This document shows, one piece after another, positions 8,401-18,203 of a stretch of DNA of 32,000 nucleotides. Location of the stretch: contig CP001848.1 in assembly GCA_000025185.1 (NCBI GenBank), positions 420,001-452,000 of the forward strand, read 5' to 3'. The position numbers were made by a program, and so were the translations under genes. The DNA is from Pirellula staleyi DSM 6068 (GTDB taxonomy: Bacteria; Planctomycetota; Planctomycetia; Pirellulales; Pirellulaceae). Each line of letters begins with the position of its first letter. Within the stretch, counting starts at the first letter, position 1. The notes under the pieces are model-generated. The model worked only from the letters and a program-made list of their open reading frames with translations, was not told where the DNA came from and ran no database searches.

Positions 8401-8847
8401 ATGAATCGTCGTTATTGGCTGTCGCTGCTACTGGCAATTTTGGCTGTTATTGGGATCGGCTGCGGTGGTCCCAAGCTGGCCGAGGTGGAAGGGATCGTGC
8501 TCGTCGATGGACAGCCGCAAGCGGGCGTGACGGTTGAATTTCAACCGGAGCAAGGGAGCCCTAGCTTTGGCGAAACGGATGCAACGGGCCGATACGAGCT
8601 ACGATTTTCGCGGCACAAGAAGGGAGCCGAGATCGGCAAGCATGTGGTGCGCATTTCGAAGGATTTCGACGCCGACGAAAATAGCCCACGTGTGGCAGGT
8701 GTGAAAACGGTGATTCCACCGCAGTTCAACGATGAAACGCAGCTCGCCAGCGAAGTGCAAGCGGGCGAGAACAAGCTCGACTTTAGCGTGACGAGCTTGC
8801 GAACCGCAGTGCGAGCGAACGTACCGATTCGCTCGATGTCGGAATAG
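8401..8847 (+). CDS. Small lipoprotein, carboxypeptidase-regulatory/transthyretin-like type (partner of DUF1559)
   Basis: Internal ATG at 8401 with GGAG upstream. MNRRYWLSLLLAILAVIGIGCGG is a signal peptide plus lipobox. Also VEGIVLVDGQPQAGVTVEFQP...TDATGRYEL. The track start at 8260 would overlap the DUF1559 gene and adds non-protein-like sequence. Confidence 0.75.
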   Translation: MNRRYWLSLLLAILAVIGIGCGGPKLAEVEGIVLVDGQPQAGVTVEFQPEQGSPSFGETDATGRYELRFSRHKKGAEIGKHVVRISKDFDADENSPRVAGVKTVIPPQFNDETQLASEVQAGENKLDFSVTSLRTAVRANVPIRSMSE

Positions 8848-8901
8848 CTCGCTGGCAACGATTCCTCTTGCCTCTTGCACACATGGCATGCCAGGCAACC
8901 G

Positions 8902-10248
8902 TTATTCGCCGTAACGTGCGCTTTGGCCGGTGGCGGCCAGCACACTGGCCCACAGCGGACCGTCGAGTTCTACTTGCTGTTTTTTGGCAACCGCCATCGG
9001 AATGGGGACGTGCAAGAACTTGCCGTTTTTGTAGCAGATCAGCACGTCGGTCTTGCCAGCCATGGCCGCATGAGCGGCGTGTCGCGCGAGTTGATCGCAC
9101 AGCAGCATATCGTCGCAATTAGCCGGCGCACTACGAATCATGTAACTGGGGTCGATGTACTTTAGCTCGACCGGACGATTCCGTTCCCTAAAGAAAGTCG
9201 TGATGCGATCCTTCAAGTAGACGCCGATATCTTGAAAGCGACGATTGCCTGACGCGTCGTGAGTACCGGACGAGGCGCCGAACAAATGCTGCCCTGCCCC
9301 TTCCGCGACGGCGATCACCGCGTGACCACGACCATCGATGCGCGAGCGGAGCGCCTCGAGCAAACCCCGCGGGCCATCGAGTTCAAAGGGACACTCGGGA
9401 ATGAGGCAATAGTTGACGTCTTGACTGGCGAGCGTGGCATTGCAGGCGATGAAACCGGCATCGCGTCCCATGAGACGTACGAGTCCTATGCCGCGCGGCG
9501 CACCTTGCGCTTCGACATGTGCACAGTCGAGCGCCTCGACCGCTTTTTCCACCGCAGTTACAAGTCCAAACGTTCGATCGCAAAACGAAAGATCGTTGTC
9601 GATCGTTTTGGGAATTCCGACGACGGCGAGCTTCGCGCCACGCTCTTTCGCTTTCATAGCAATCGCATGAGCGCCACGCTGGGTGCCATCGCCACCGACA
9701 CAAAACAGCACATCCACGCGCTGCTGAAGCAAGAAGTTGAGCATCACCTCAGGATCGCGCTCGCCGCGACTGCTGGCGAGCATCGTGCCACCTTGATGAT
9801 GGATATTAAGAACGCTGTCGGGCGTTAAAACAATCGGCGCGTGCCCCATCGACGGGTCGAGCCCTTGATAGCCATACGGAATGCCCAGCACCACGGCCAC
9901 ACCGTAGTTGAAGTGGAGTTCGAGGAACAAACTCCGAATCACGTTGTTAAGGCCCGGGCAGAGTCCGCCACAAGTGACCACCGCACAGCGGGTGAGTGCT
10001 GGCCGAAAGAAAAGGTGCTCGCGTGGACCAGCCGACTCAAACAGACGCTCTTCGGCCGGCGGATGGACGAGCGAGAACTCGACGAACTCGCGAATGCGGG
10101 CTTCAGGCGAGACAAAAGTGCACAGATTCTCGCCCGGCTTGCGAGCGCGACGAATCGGCGATGGAAACTCTGCGGTACCGAGCGAATCGACAGCGATGTC
10201 GTGAAACGTTGTAGCCACGTGCGACACGGAACACTCCCCCACCCACAT
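8902..10248 (-). CDS. pfkA: ATP-dependent 6-phosphofructokinase (PfkA family, long form)
   Basis: Motifs VVTCGGLCPGLNNVIRS, FCVGGDGTQRGA, VVGIPKTIDNDL and VRLMGRDAGFIA. The GGDG form (Gly rather than Asp) points to ATP- rather than PPi-dependence. Start is either ATG 10248 (MWVGE..) or 10341. Confidence 0.85.
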   Translation of the reverse strand: MWVGECSVSHVATTFHDIAVDSLGTAEFPSPIRRARKPGENLCTFVSPEARIREFVEFSLVHPPAEERLFESAGPREHLFFRPALTRCAVVTCGGLCPGLNNVIRSLFLELHFNYGVAVVLGIPYGYQGLDPSMGHAPIVLTPDSVLNIHHQGGTMLASSRGERDPEVMLNFLLQQRVDVLFCVGGDGTQRGAHAIAMKAKERGAKLAVVGIPKTIDNDLSFCDRTFGLVTAVEKAVEALDCAHVEAQGAPRGIGLVRLMGRDAGFIACNATLASQDVNYCLIPECPFELDGPRGLLEALRSRIDGRGHAVIAVAEGAGQHLFGASSGTHDASGNRRFQDIGVYLKDRITTFFRERNRPVELKYIDPSYMIRSAPANCDDMLLCDQLARHAAHAAMAGKTDVLICYKNGKFLHVPIPMAVAKKQQVELDGPLWASVLAATGQSARYGE

Positions 10249-10572
10249 GAAAGTTGCGCGGCAAATCAGCTGCCACAACCGACCGCTCCGATCGTGGGAG
10301 AAGAACGATCGTCGATCTGCCAGTGGCATTAGCGTGAGCATATTTCAAACGCCGGGCCATGAACATTGCTTGGCGCGAAAAAGCGGTCCGATTGCATAAT
10401 CGCTACAGGCGGCCCAGGTCTCACCGGAAGGTGGCTCTGTGGTGGGGTGAAATCAGTCGCGTGCCTGCGATCGGCTGCTTCTGACCTATGCTTGGGTCGC
10501 AAGATGCTGCGCACTTTTTTCGCGCGCGACTGCTTCCCTCGCTATCGATTCTCCTTGCCACGGAGCATGGGC

Positions 10573-11901
<1,329 letters not shown>

Positions 11902-11978
11902 TAGCCGCAGTGGTTCAGACAAATACTTAGCCGAGTTACCGAATCTGCAGCAGCCGAGCGAGCGGAAAATGCGGCAGC

Positions 11979-12224
11979 TTACTTGTACAGAATCAGCTTG
12001 TCTTGACGCGTGCGACGAAGTCGATAGACCTCGCCGCCGTGAATGATCTGCACCTCCACGCGGCTACCAAGAATCTCTTCGCTCGTCCAGCTTTCGCGTG
12101 TGGACAGCTCGGCCTTGGAATCAGCGCTAACCACTTCGCTGCTGGTCGATTCACCACTCGGGGCGACGGCTGGTCGACTGGCGGCTGCGGGAACGGCAGA
12201 GTTACGTGCTGCTTGCTCGGTCAT
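11979..12224 (-). CDS. hemP: HemP-like hemin-uptake family small protein
   Basis: The C-terminus SEEILGSRVEVQIIHGGEVYRLRRTRQDKLILYK matches the HemP signature (..I.H.G..Y.LR.T...KLIL.K). Only the last 81 codons (from ATG 12224) look protein-like. The upstream 85 codons of track ORF 11979..12479 are R/P/S-rich. Confidence 0.65.
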   Translation of the reverse strand: MTEQAARNSAVPAAASRPAVAPSGESTSSEVVSADSKAELSTRESWTSEEILGSRVEVQIIHGGEVYRLRRTRQDKLILYK

Positions 12225-12581
12225 AAACGACCTGATGCCTGTGATCATGGGAAATGGTGCTTGGCGGATGCGGGGAGAACGTTCGCCCGAAGACTTTGCA
12301 AGCGACAAGGGCCTGCAAATCTTCACCGAAAAAACACTGGGTAAATCTGCTGCGGCCCCGTGAGGATGGAGCGGAGAACCACATCCAGCACGGGGCATCG
12401 CAGCGGCACGAGGAACATCATCTGGCTGCCTGCTCTTGAAGGATGAATCTCGCACAGCTCGCCACCACGCGATTGCCATGCAACACCATCGCTCAAGCCG
12501 ATCTTGCGATCACCACAAGCAGCACTCAGTCGATCACACGTAAAGTGTTTTGGACTTCAATTTCGGATCGTCTTCTTACGA

Positions 12582-13328
12582 CTACTTACCCTGCACTTGC
12601 TCGGCAGCAACGCGAAGCGTGAGGGTGGTGTAGTAGTTTGTTTCGGCGAACTTCTTACCATCCGACTCGCCAGCTTCTAGCTGGATGCTCTTGGCACGAA
12701 TCGAGTAGAGACCAGCACGAGGAAGTGGAATCTCGAGTTTGCCTTCTTCGTTGGTGGTGTACTTCTCTTCGACAGCAGCGGCGTCGACGACCACCACTTC
12801 GCCACCACTCACAGGCTTCCCTTGCCACATCACCACAAGCGAGCACTTCCCTTCGCTGACAAAAGGGACGACATCGAGACTGAGCGATTCGTCGCGGGCC
12901 AGTTTGGCAAAGTCGGCCGAGCTCGCATCGAGATACTTGGCCAAGTACATGAGGCGGAAAACTTTTCCCTTCTTGTCGAGTACGCCGTACTCGCACTTGG
13001 CTGAAAGGCAGGCCGCCGACGAGTCGACCGAGGCGACCCAAGTGCCACCCCCATCAACGATCTCTTTGGAGAGCTTGACCGGCTCGCTGGTCCCCGCGGT
13101 GGTCCGGATGCGAACTTCGGTTTTGGCGACGTTGTCGAGCAGCGCGGCATCGTCGGCTTCAGCGAGTTCGCCAAACCAAACACAGATGCTAGGAGCGCCG
13201 GCGGCATTCTTATCCACAGCCACCCACACGAAGTGGGCCTGCGCCAGTGCGGCGGTGAACATCACGAGCACCAGGCTGGCGATGGTGGTACGGAAGAGCG
13301 AGGTGCGAAACGGAGCGTAGCGATTCAT
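12582..13328 (-). CDS. DUF4198 domain periplasmic protein (metal-uptake-associated family)
   Basis: ATG at 13328 (AAGGA upstream). Signal peptide ending ALAQA followed by HFVWV, the His-first mature N-terminus typical of DUF4198. The remainder is beta-rich. Confidence 0.75.
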   Translation of the reverse strand: MNRYAPFRTSLFRTTIASLVLVMFTAALAQAHFVWVAVDKNAAGAPSICVWFGELAEADDAALLDNVAKTEVRIRTTAGTSEPVKLSKEIVDGGGTWVASVDSSAACLSAKCEYGVLDKKGKVFRLMYLAKYLDASSADFAKLARDESLSLDVVPFVSEGKCSLVVMWQGKPVSGGEVVVVDAAAVEEKYTTNEEGKLEIPLPRAGLYSIRAKSIQLEAGESDGKKFAETNYYTTLTLRVAAEQVQGK

Positions 13329-13491
13329 CGGCAGGAATCCTTGAGCAATGCGTGGTGAAACTCCCGAGGGAGCAACGTGGGCCTTAAAGGAGGGAGGAAG
13401 GGGCTGTTGATCCAGCCCTAGCATTTCCGTCCAACGACCAGTAGCAGCGGCATGGCTACACGAACAGGATTGGCTCGCCGATTTAATTGAT

Positions 13492-13504
13492 ACTGAGTCT
13501 CAGT
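13492..13504. promoter_or_regulatory. 13-bp palindrome ACTGAGTCTCAGT flanked by AT-rich half-repeats; candidate operator
   Basis: Read directly. It lies just downstream of the candidate minus-strand -10 element. Flanks are ATTTAATTGAT and TAATTTAAAGA. Confidence 0.3.
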
Positions 13505-13511
13505 TGCGAGT

Positions 13512-13540
13512 AATTTAAAGATTTCCCCTTCCTGTGTCAA
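13512..13540 (-). promoter_or_regulatory. Sigma-70-like promoter candidate for the DUF4198 gene
   Basis: On the minus strand: TTGACA (13540..13535), a 17-nt spacer, then TAAATT (13517..13512). It sits about 185 nt upstream of ATG 13328. Planctomycete promoter rules are poorly defined, so this rests on the consensus match only. Confidence 0.3.
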
Positions 13541-13647
13541 GCTGCTGAGTGATTTTTCTCCAAAAGTCATGTGAAAAATCGGTTCCACCACCCCATTCTG
13601 CAGATTCCCACCTTCGACAGCCGATAACAGCCCAGAAGTCGCGATAG

Positions 13648-13676
13648 TTGACCTACATGAGCAACATTGGTAGGAT
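13648..13676 (+). promoter_or_regulatory. Sigma-70-like promoter candidate for cysH-rrf2
   Basis: TTGACC (13648-13653), a 17-nt spacer, then TAGGAT (13671-13676), about 43 nt before ATG 13719. Confidence 0.25.
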
Positions 13677-13718
13677 TCCCCGTTAACACTCTGCCTCCAG
13701 CATGGTGCGAGTTCTGCT

Positions 13719-14540
13719 ATGAGCGCTGCTTCCGTACGATCTGTCACGCCGCCACCTGCCTTCCAGCCGAGCCTTCGCGTGTTCTCGCCCGACCCACCCG
13801 CTGTCCGACCAACGCCTCAGCAAACCGACGACGGTAGGCTGGTGCTGACTCCCGAACTCTCCGCCGAAATCGCTCAAGCCTCCGCCGAGCTCGAAACGGC
13901 GACGCCGCAGGAGATCCTGCGCTGGTCGATCGCCCGGTTTGCCCCCAAATTCACCATGGCCACCGCCTTCGGACCTGAAGGTATGGTGATCCTGCATATG
14001 CTGTCGGAGTTTGCCCCCGAAACACCGATTTTCAACCTCGATACCGGCTATCAGTTCCCCGAAACCCTGGCTTTGCGAGACGAAGTGGCTCGCCGCTATG
14101 GCATGGAAGTCGAGCTCAAACGAGCCACCCTTTCGGTTGAAGAATACGAAGCCCAAAACGGGGGACCGGTTTATCGCCACAGCCCCGATCGCTGCTGCCA
14201 TAACCGCAAGGTCGAGGTGCTTGAGAAAGCAGTCCTCGGGCAACATGCCTGGGCTTCAGCGATTCGTCGCGACCAAAGCCCCGACCGCGCAAAAGCGCCG
14301 ATCGTGGGGTGGGATAAGAAGTTCGGACTCGTCAAAGTCAGTCCGCTCGCCAACTGGACAAAAAAGCAAGTTTGGACCCACATCACCGAGCACAACGTTC
14401 CCTACAATCCGCTGCACGATAACGGCTACACCAGCATCGGCTGCTGGCCTTGCACCCGTGCGGTTGGCGTCGGCGAAGATGAACGTGCCGGACGTTGGAG
14501 CGGATTTGCCAAAACCGAATGCGGTCTCCACTCGCAATGA
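13719..14540 (+). CDS. cysH: Assimilatory adenylyl-sulfate (APS)/PAPS reductase, thioredoxin-dependent, Fe-S type
   Basis: Motifs FGPEGMVILHM, NLDTGYQFPETL and a C-terminal KTECGLH. The cysteine pairs DRCCHNRKVEVL and SIGCWPCT are the CC...CxxC signature of [4Fe-4S] APS reductases. The proline-rich approximately 40-aa N-terminal extension makes the start uncertain. Confidence 0.9.
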   Translation: MSAASVRSVTPPPAFQPSLRVFSPDPPAVRPTPQQTDDGRLVLTPELSAEIAQASAELETATPQEILRWSIARFAPKFTMATAFGPEGMVILHMLSEFAPETPIFNLDTGYQFPETLALRDEVARRYGMEVELKRATLSVEEYEAQNGGPVYRHSPDRCCHNRKVEVLEKAVLGQHAWASAIRRDQSPDRAKAPIVGWDKKFGLVKVSPLANWTKKQVWTHITEHNVPYNPLHDNGYTSIGCWPCTRAVGVGEDERAGRWSGFAKTECGLHSQ

Positions 14541-14965
14541 TCGTTTCCGCCAAAACCGAGTATGCCTGCATCGCCATGCTGGAACTCGCTGCGCGCGACG
14601 AGCGTAGCGAACCGGTCCGCATCAAAGATATTGCCGACCGGCATGGCATTCCTTCGCGGTTCCTCGTGCAGATCCTGCTGCAACTCAAAACCGCAGGGCT
14701 CGTTCAAAGCGTTCGAGGAGCTTCGGGGGGCTACCAGCTCGCCCTTCCCCCTCGCGAAATCACCCTCGGCACGGTGATGTCGGCGGTCGATGCTCAGTCG
14801 GCACGTGTGGTGTCGAGCCTCACTAGCGATAGCCCCACCACTCGCGTTTTGCACGATCGGTGGCAACTGGTCGCTGAAAAGCAGCGGGAATTGCTCGAAG
14901 AAGTCACCCTGGCCGATTTGGTGACCGAGCTCCGCGGTCAGACGTCGGGCATGTATTATATCTAA
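14537..14965 (+). CDS. Rrf2 family transcriptional regulator (no cluster-ligand cysteines)
   Basis: MIVSAKTEYACIAMLELA...IKDIADRHGIPSRFLVQILLQLKTAGLVQSVRGASGGYQLA. ATG 14537 overlaps the cysH TGA (ATGA at 14537-14540). There are no Cys residues in the region where IscR/NsrR ligate Fe-S. Confidence 0.9.
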   Translation: MIVSAKTEYACIAMLELAARDERSEPVRIKDIADRHGIPSRFLVQILLQLKTAGLVQSVRGASGGYQLALPPREITLGTVMSAVDAQSARVVSSLTSDSPTTRVLHDRWQLVAEKQRELLEEVTLADLVTELRGQTSGMYYI

Positions 14966-15140
14966 GGGTCACTGCACGCCCCGCTGGTCCAGTGACTGCT
15001 CGACAACCGGGCGATTGTTCCCACTTCTTTTTGCTCTCCTGCTAATGATTTGTCTCGCGGCAGCCATCTGCCTGTAGCAACTTGCTTTGCAGCAGCGCAA
15101 GTGACATGTCCTCTCTTTTTGCATGAAACGCTAACGACTC

Positions 15141-15929
15141 GTGACCAACATCCTTGAAAAGATTGTCGCCAAGAAACAAGAAGAGATCGCCTCGCGCCGC
15201 TCGCTGATTCCGGTGGAAGTGCTCGAAGCAGCGGTCGCTGAAGCTCCCCCCGTACGCGATTTTTTTGCGGCCCTCGCCGCCCCGGGACCGATCAAGCTGA
15301 TCGCAGAAGTGAAGAAGGCGAGCCCCAGCAAAGGGATCATTCGCGAGAACTTCGATCCCGTTGCCATCGCCCGCGAGTACGAAGCTGCTGGTGCCACTTG
15401 CCTCAGCATCCTGACCGACGAACCGTTCTTCCAAGGGAAGCTCGAGTACCTGGCGCAAATCCGTCAGGCAGTCAACATTCCGCTCCTGCGCAAAGACTTC
15501 ATCCTCGATACCTACCAGCTTCTCGAAGCGCGCATGGCGGGTGCCGATGCGGTCCTGCTGATTGCCGAATGTCTCGACGACTGCAATCTCCGCAAGCTGC
15601 ACAATGAGGCGATTGAACTCGGTCTCACGCCGCTGGTCGAGTTCTACGATCCCGAGAATCTCGACCGCGTGCTTGCTGCCGGCGCGACGCTGATTGGCGT
15701 GAACAATCGCGACCTCCGCACCTTCGTCACCGACCTTGGCCACACGATCCGAATGCGCGACAAAGTCCCCCTCGATGCCGTGTTTGTCGGCGAAAGTGGC
15801 ATCTATACGCGCGACGACGTGCTACGTTTACAAGAGGCGGGGGTCGATGCCATGCTCGTCGGCGAAAGTCTCATGCGACAACCCGACATCACTACCGCCG
15901 TGAAGACTTTGCTCGGCACGCTTTCGTAG
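15141..15929 (+). CDS. trpC: Indole-3-glycerol-phosphate synthase
   Basis: ILEKIVAKKQEEI, LIAEVKKASPSKGIIR, CLSILTDEPFFQG and IGVNNRDLRTF. GTG start at 15141; the only upstream ATG (15123) hits a stop after three codons. Confidence 0.92.
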   Translation: MTNILEKIVAKKQEEIASRRSLIPVEVLEAAVAEAPPVRDFFAALAAPGPIKLIAEVKKASPSKGIIRENFDPVAIAREYEAAGATCLSILTDEPFFQGKLEYLAQIRQAVNIPLLRKDFILDTYQLLEARMAGADAVLLIAECLDDCNLRKLHNEAIELGLTPLVEFYDPENLDRVLAAGATLIGVNNRDLRTFVTDLGHTIRMRDKVPLDAVFVGESGIYTRDDVLRLQEAGVDAMLVGESLMRQPDITTAVKTLLGTLS

Positions 15930-15947
15930 ATCTGCAGGAATACCGTT

Positions 15948-16814
15948 ATGCCTTCGATGATGGAAAACGTCTCGACGATCAATAGTTTCCTGCGCACCAT
16001 CCTTGTTCTCGCATTCCTGGGAATCAGTGGCGGTGGCGGTTTCTACGCCTGGCAAACCTACACAGCCAAAGATCGCGAAGTCGCCAAGACCGCGAAAGAA
16101 CTCGCCAGCATCAGTACGAAGCTCGTCGAAACCGAGCAAGCACTCTCGTCGGCGCAGGAAGACATTGCCGCCAAGAGCGCCACCATCGCCGCGCAAGGGG
16201 TCACGATTCAAGAACAAGGTGAGAATATCGAGCGACTCGAAACTTCACTCTCGCTGCTGAAGGTCGACAAGCGTCTCGCACGTATCACTGCCATCGATCA
16301 AGGTACCGATGCAACCACCGGCAAGCCGTTCACACTTGTCGAGTTTGTTGAACTCGGAGAAGACGAACAGCCGATCGACACCCCTCGCCAGTTTCGCTTG
16401 CAAGGGAACGAGGTGTATGTCGATTTCTGGGTCGTGAAGTTTGATGACAAGTATGTCGAGAACGCCGACCTCGAGCGGAGCACATCAATTTGCCTCTTCC
16501 GCCGACTCTTCGGAAACGAAGAGCAACCCGAAGAAGGCTTTCCTCTCGATCAAGTCGGTTCGCGCCCCAGTGCTTACAGCCGAGGGAGCAAGATGACCGA
16601 CTTTGAGAAGAAAATCTGGGGCGATTTCTGGAACATCGCCAACAACGAGATGGTCGCTGAAGAACTCGGCATTCGCGCGGCTCATGGTCAGGCCGTGTCG
16701 ATGAAAATGCAAAAGGGAAAGAGCTACAAGGTTCAGCTCCGCGCGAGCGATGGACTTTCGATCCTCCCCGACGAGAAAGCCCCACCTGTGAAGCCGGTCA
16801 CCCCTGAAGCATAG
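15948..16814 (+). CDS. Hypothetical membrane-anchored coiled-coil protein
   Basis: 288 aa. N-terminal TM helix (FLRTILVLAFLGISGGGGFYAW), an approximately 70-aa heptad-like segment, then a globular C-terminal domain. Codon usage resembles its neighbours. It starts 18 nt after trpC. Confidence 0.65.
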   Translation: MPSMMENVSTINSFLRTILVLAFLGISGGGGFYAWQTYTAKDREVAKTAKELASISTKLVETEQALSSAQEDIAAKSATIAAQGVTIQEQGENIERLETSLSLLKVDKRLARITAIDQGTDATTGKPFTLVEFVELGEDEQPIDTPRQFRLQGNEVYVDFWVVKFDDKYVENADLERSTSICLFRRLFGNEEQPEEGFPLDQVGSRPSAYSRGSKMTDFEKKIWGDFWNIANNEMVAEELGIRAAHGQAVSMKMQKGKSYKVQLRASDGLSILPDEKAPPVKPVTPEA

Positions 16815-16833
16815 CGCGAGACACGCATCGCGC
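16814..16833. terminator. Short hairpin between convergent genes (GCGCGA-N8-TCGCGC)
   Basis: 6-bp stem in the 26-bp gap between the stops at 16814 (+) and 16841 (-). No T tract. Confidence 0.25.
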
Positions 16834-16840
16834 AGCTTCT

Positions 16841-18037
16841 TTAGAACAGCTTCTTCGTCTGGTCATACTTGGCAAGTAACTGGGCCAGTTTGCGTCCCGT
16901 GACACTCAGTGGCTCGTCATCGAGCGCATCGATGCGGGTCCATTTGCAATGCTCGGCGAGCTTCTGCTTGGCCCGCGACGACTTGCTCCCTGCCTCACGC
17001 AGACTCGCCACCATCGGCCGCAACGTGATGCGATATTTGGTCACGCCATGCTTCAGCGATGGCCACTGATCGTGAATCATCGACGCAATTCCGGTGAGCG
17101 ATTCTACACGCTCGATGAGATAGTTTTCGAGGTCGGTCTCTGTAGTGGATTTTGCGCCAAGCATCGTTTTTTCGAGCGAAAAACGAGGAAAATCCCACAA
17201 ACCAGCCCAGCGCTCACCGGGCTGACATTGACGCAGCAGCACCTGCTGTCGATCTACCACCAGCACCGCCACTTCAGTGAGATATTCGTACACCATCCGC
17301 TTGGAGAGGAGCGGAATTTGCTCGACCGCTTGCTCGCGGCGCGCGACACACCAAGTGCTTGCCGGGCACTGATCGCACGACGGTGTTCGTGGCGTGCAGA
17401 GCGCGCTCCCTAGCTCCATCATCGCCTGGTTGAAGAAGCCGACCTTTTTATCGGGCAGGATTTGCTCGGCGATGTTCCACAGGAATTTCTGCCCCGCTGT
17501 CGACGTCGCTTCGCGCGTGTAGCCCGCGAGCCGCGCGTAGACACGAATCGTGTTCGCTTCCAAAATCGGCAGCTTCGCGTCGAGACCAATCGAGAGGATT
17601 GCACCAGCGGTATAACGCCCAATTCCTGGGAGCGACATCACCTCGTCGAGCGTTTCGGGAAACTGGCCGCGAAAATCGTGCACAATCTTCTTGGCCGCGG
17701 CATGCAAGCTCCGTGCGCGGCGGTAGTAGCCCAGCCCTTCCCACTGTCGCAGCACTTGCTGCTCGTCAGCTTCAGCGAGATGCACTACCGTCGGAAATTC
17801 CACCAGAAATCGCTGAAAATAGTCGATCACCGTGGCTACCTGCGTCTGCTGCAGCATCACTTCGCTGATCCAGATGCGATAGAGATCGCGTGAGCGCCGC
17901 CAAGGTAAATCGCGCGCATGCTCGGCAAACCAAGCGAGCATACGCTGCTGAAATCGCGCCAGCGCTTTTCGATCGGTCTCGATCCAAGTCTTGTCGCTCG
18001 GCGAGTCAGGTTCGCGGGAAGCACGGCGCTGAGGCAT
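16841..18037 (-). CDS. mutY: A/G-specific adenine DNA glycosylase
   Basis: LPWRRSRDLYRIWISEVMLQQTQV, HhH-GPD LPGIGRYTAGAILSI, Fe-S loop CTPRTPSCDQCPASTWC, and a C-terminal Nudix-like domain. ATG at 18037 is preferred over the track start at 18112. Confidence 0.9.
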   Translation of the reverse strand: MPQRRASREPDSPSDKTWIETDRKALARFQQRMLAWFAEHARDLPWRRSRDLYRIWISEVMLQQTQVATVIDYFQRFLVEFPTVVHLAEADEQQVLRQWEGLGYYRRARSLHAAAKKIVHDFRGQFPETLDEVMSLPGIGRYTAGAILSIGLDAKLPILEANTIRVYARLAGYTREATSTAGQKFLWNIAEQILPDKKVGFFNQAMMELGSALCTPRTPSCDQCPASTWCVARREQAVEQIPLLSKRMVYEYLTEVAVLVVDRQQVLLRQCQPGERWAGLWDFPRFSLEKTMLGAKSTTETDLENYLIERVESLTGIASMIHDQWPSLKHGVTKYRITLRPMVASLREAGSKSSRAKQKLAEHCKWTRIDALDDEPLSVTGRKLAQLLAKYDQTKKLF

Positions 18038-18203
18038 ACAGGGGTTCACCCGGTCGAGAGTTGCTGAAAGTGATGCTAAATTAACACTCACTGCCTTCGA
18101 GCGTGAGACCACGTGCCGTTTCTCCTCAGCATGTCGCGCGGGCAGCTTCTCTCCGATGGTTCGGTCCCCTTACCTCGCAGATATTGCTCGTAGAAGACGC
18201 TCG

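Noticed and set aside
13560-13625. GGTGGGAA..GGTGGTGGAACC on the minus strand upstream of DUF4198, vaguely like the cobalamin-riboswitch GGGAA/GGTG core
   Set aside because: The spacing is wrong, and there is no CCCCGC-ACTGT element or B12 box (AGYCMGGAGACCKGCC).
13418-13747. 109-aa minus ORF across the DUF4198/cysH intergenic region
   Set aside because: It overlaps the cysH start and the promoter-like elements, and shows no motif or coding-like composition.
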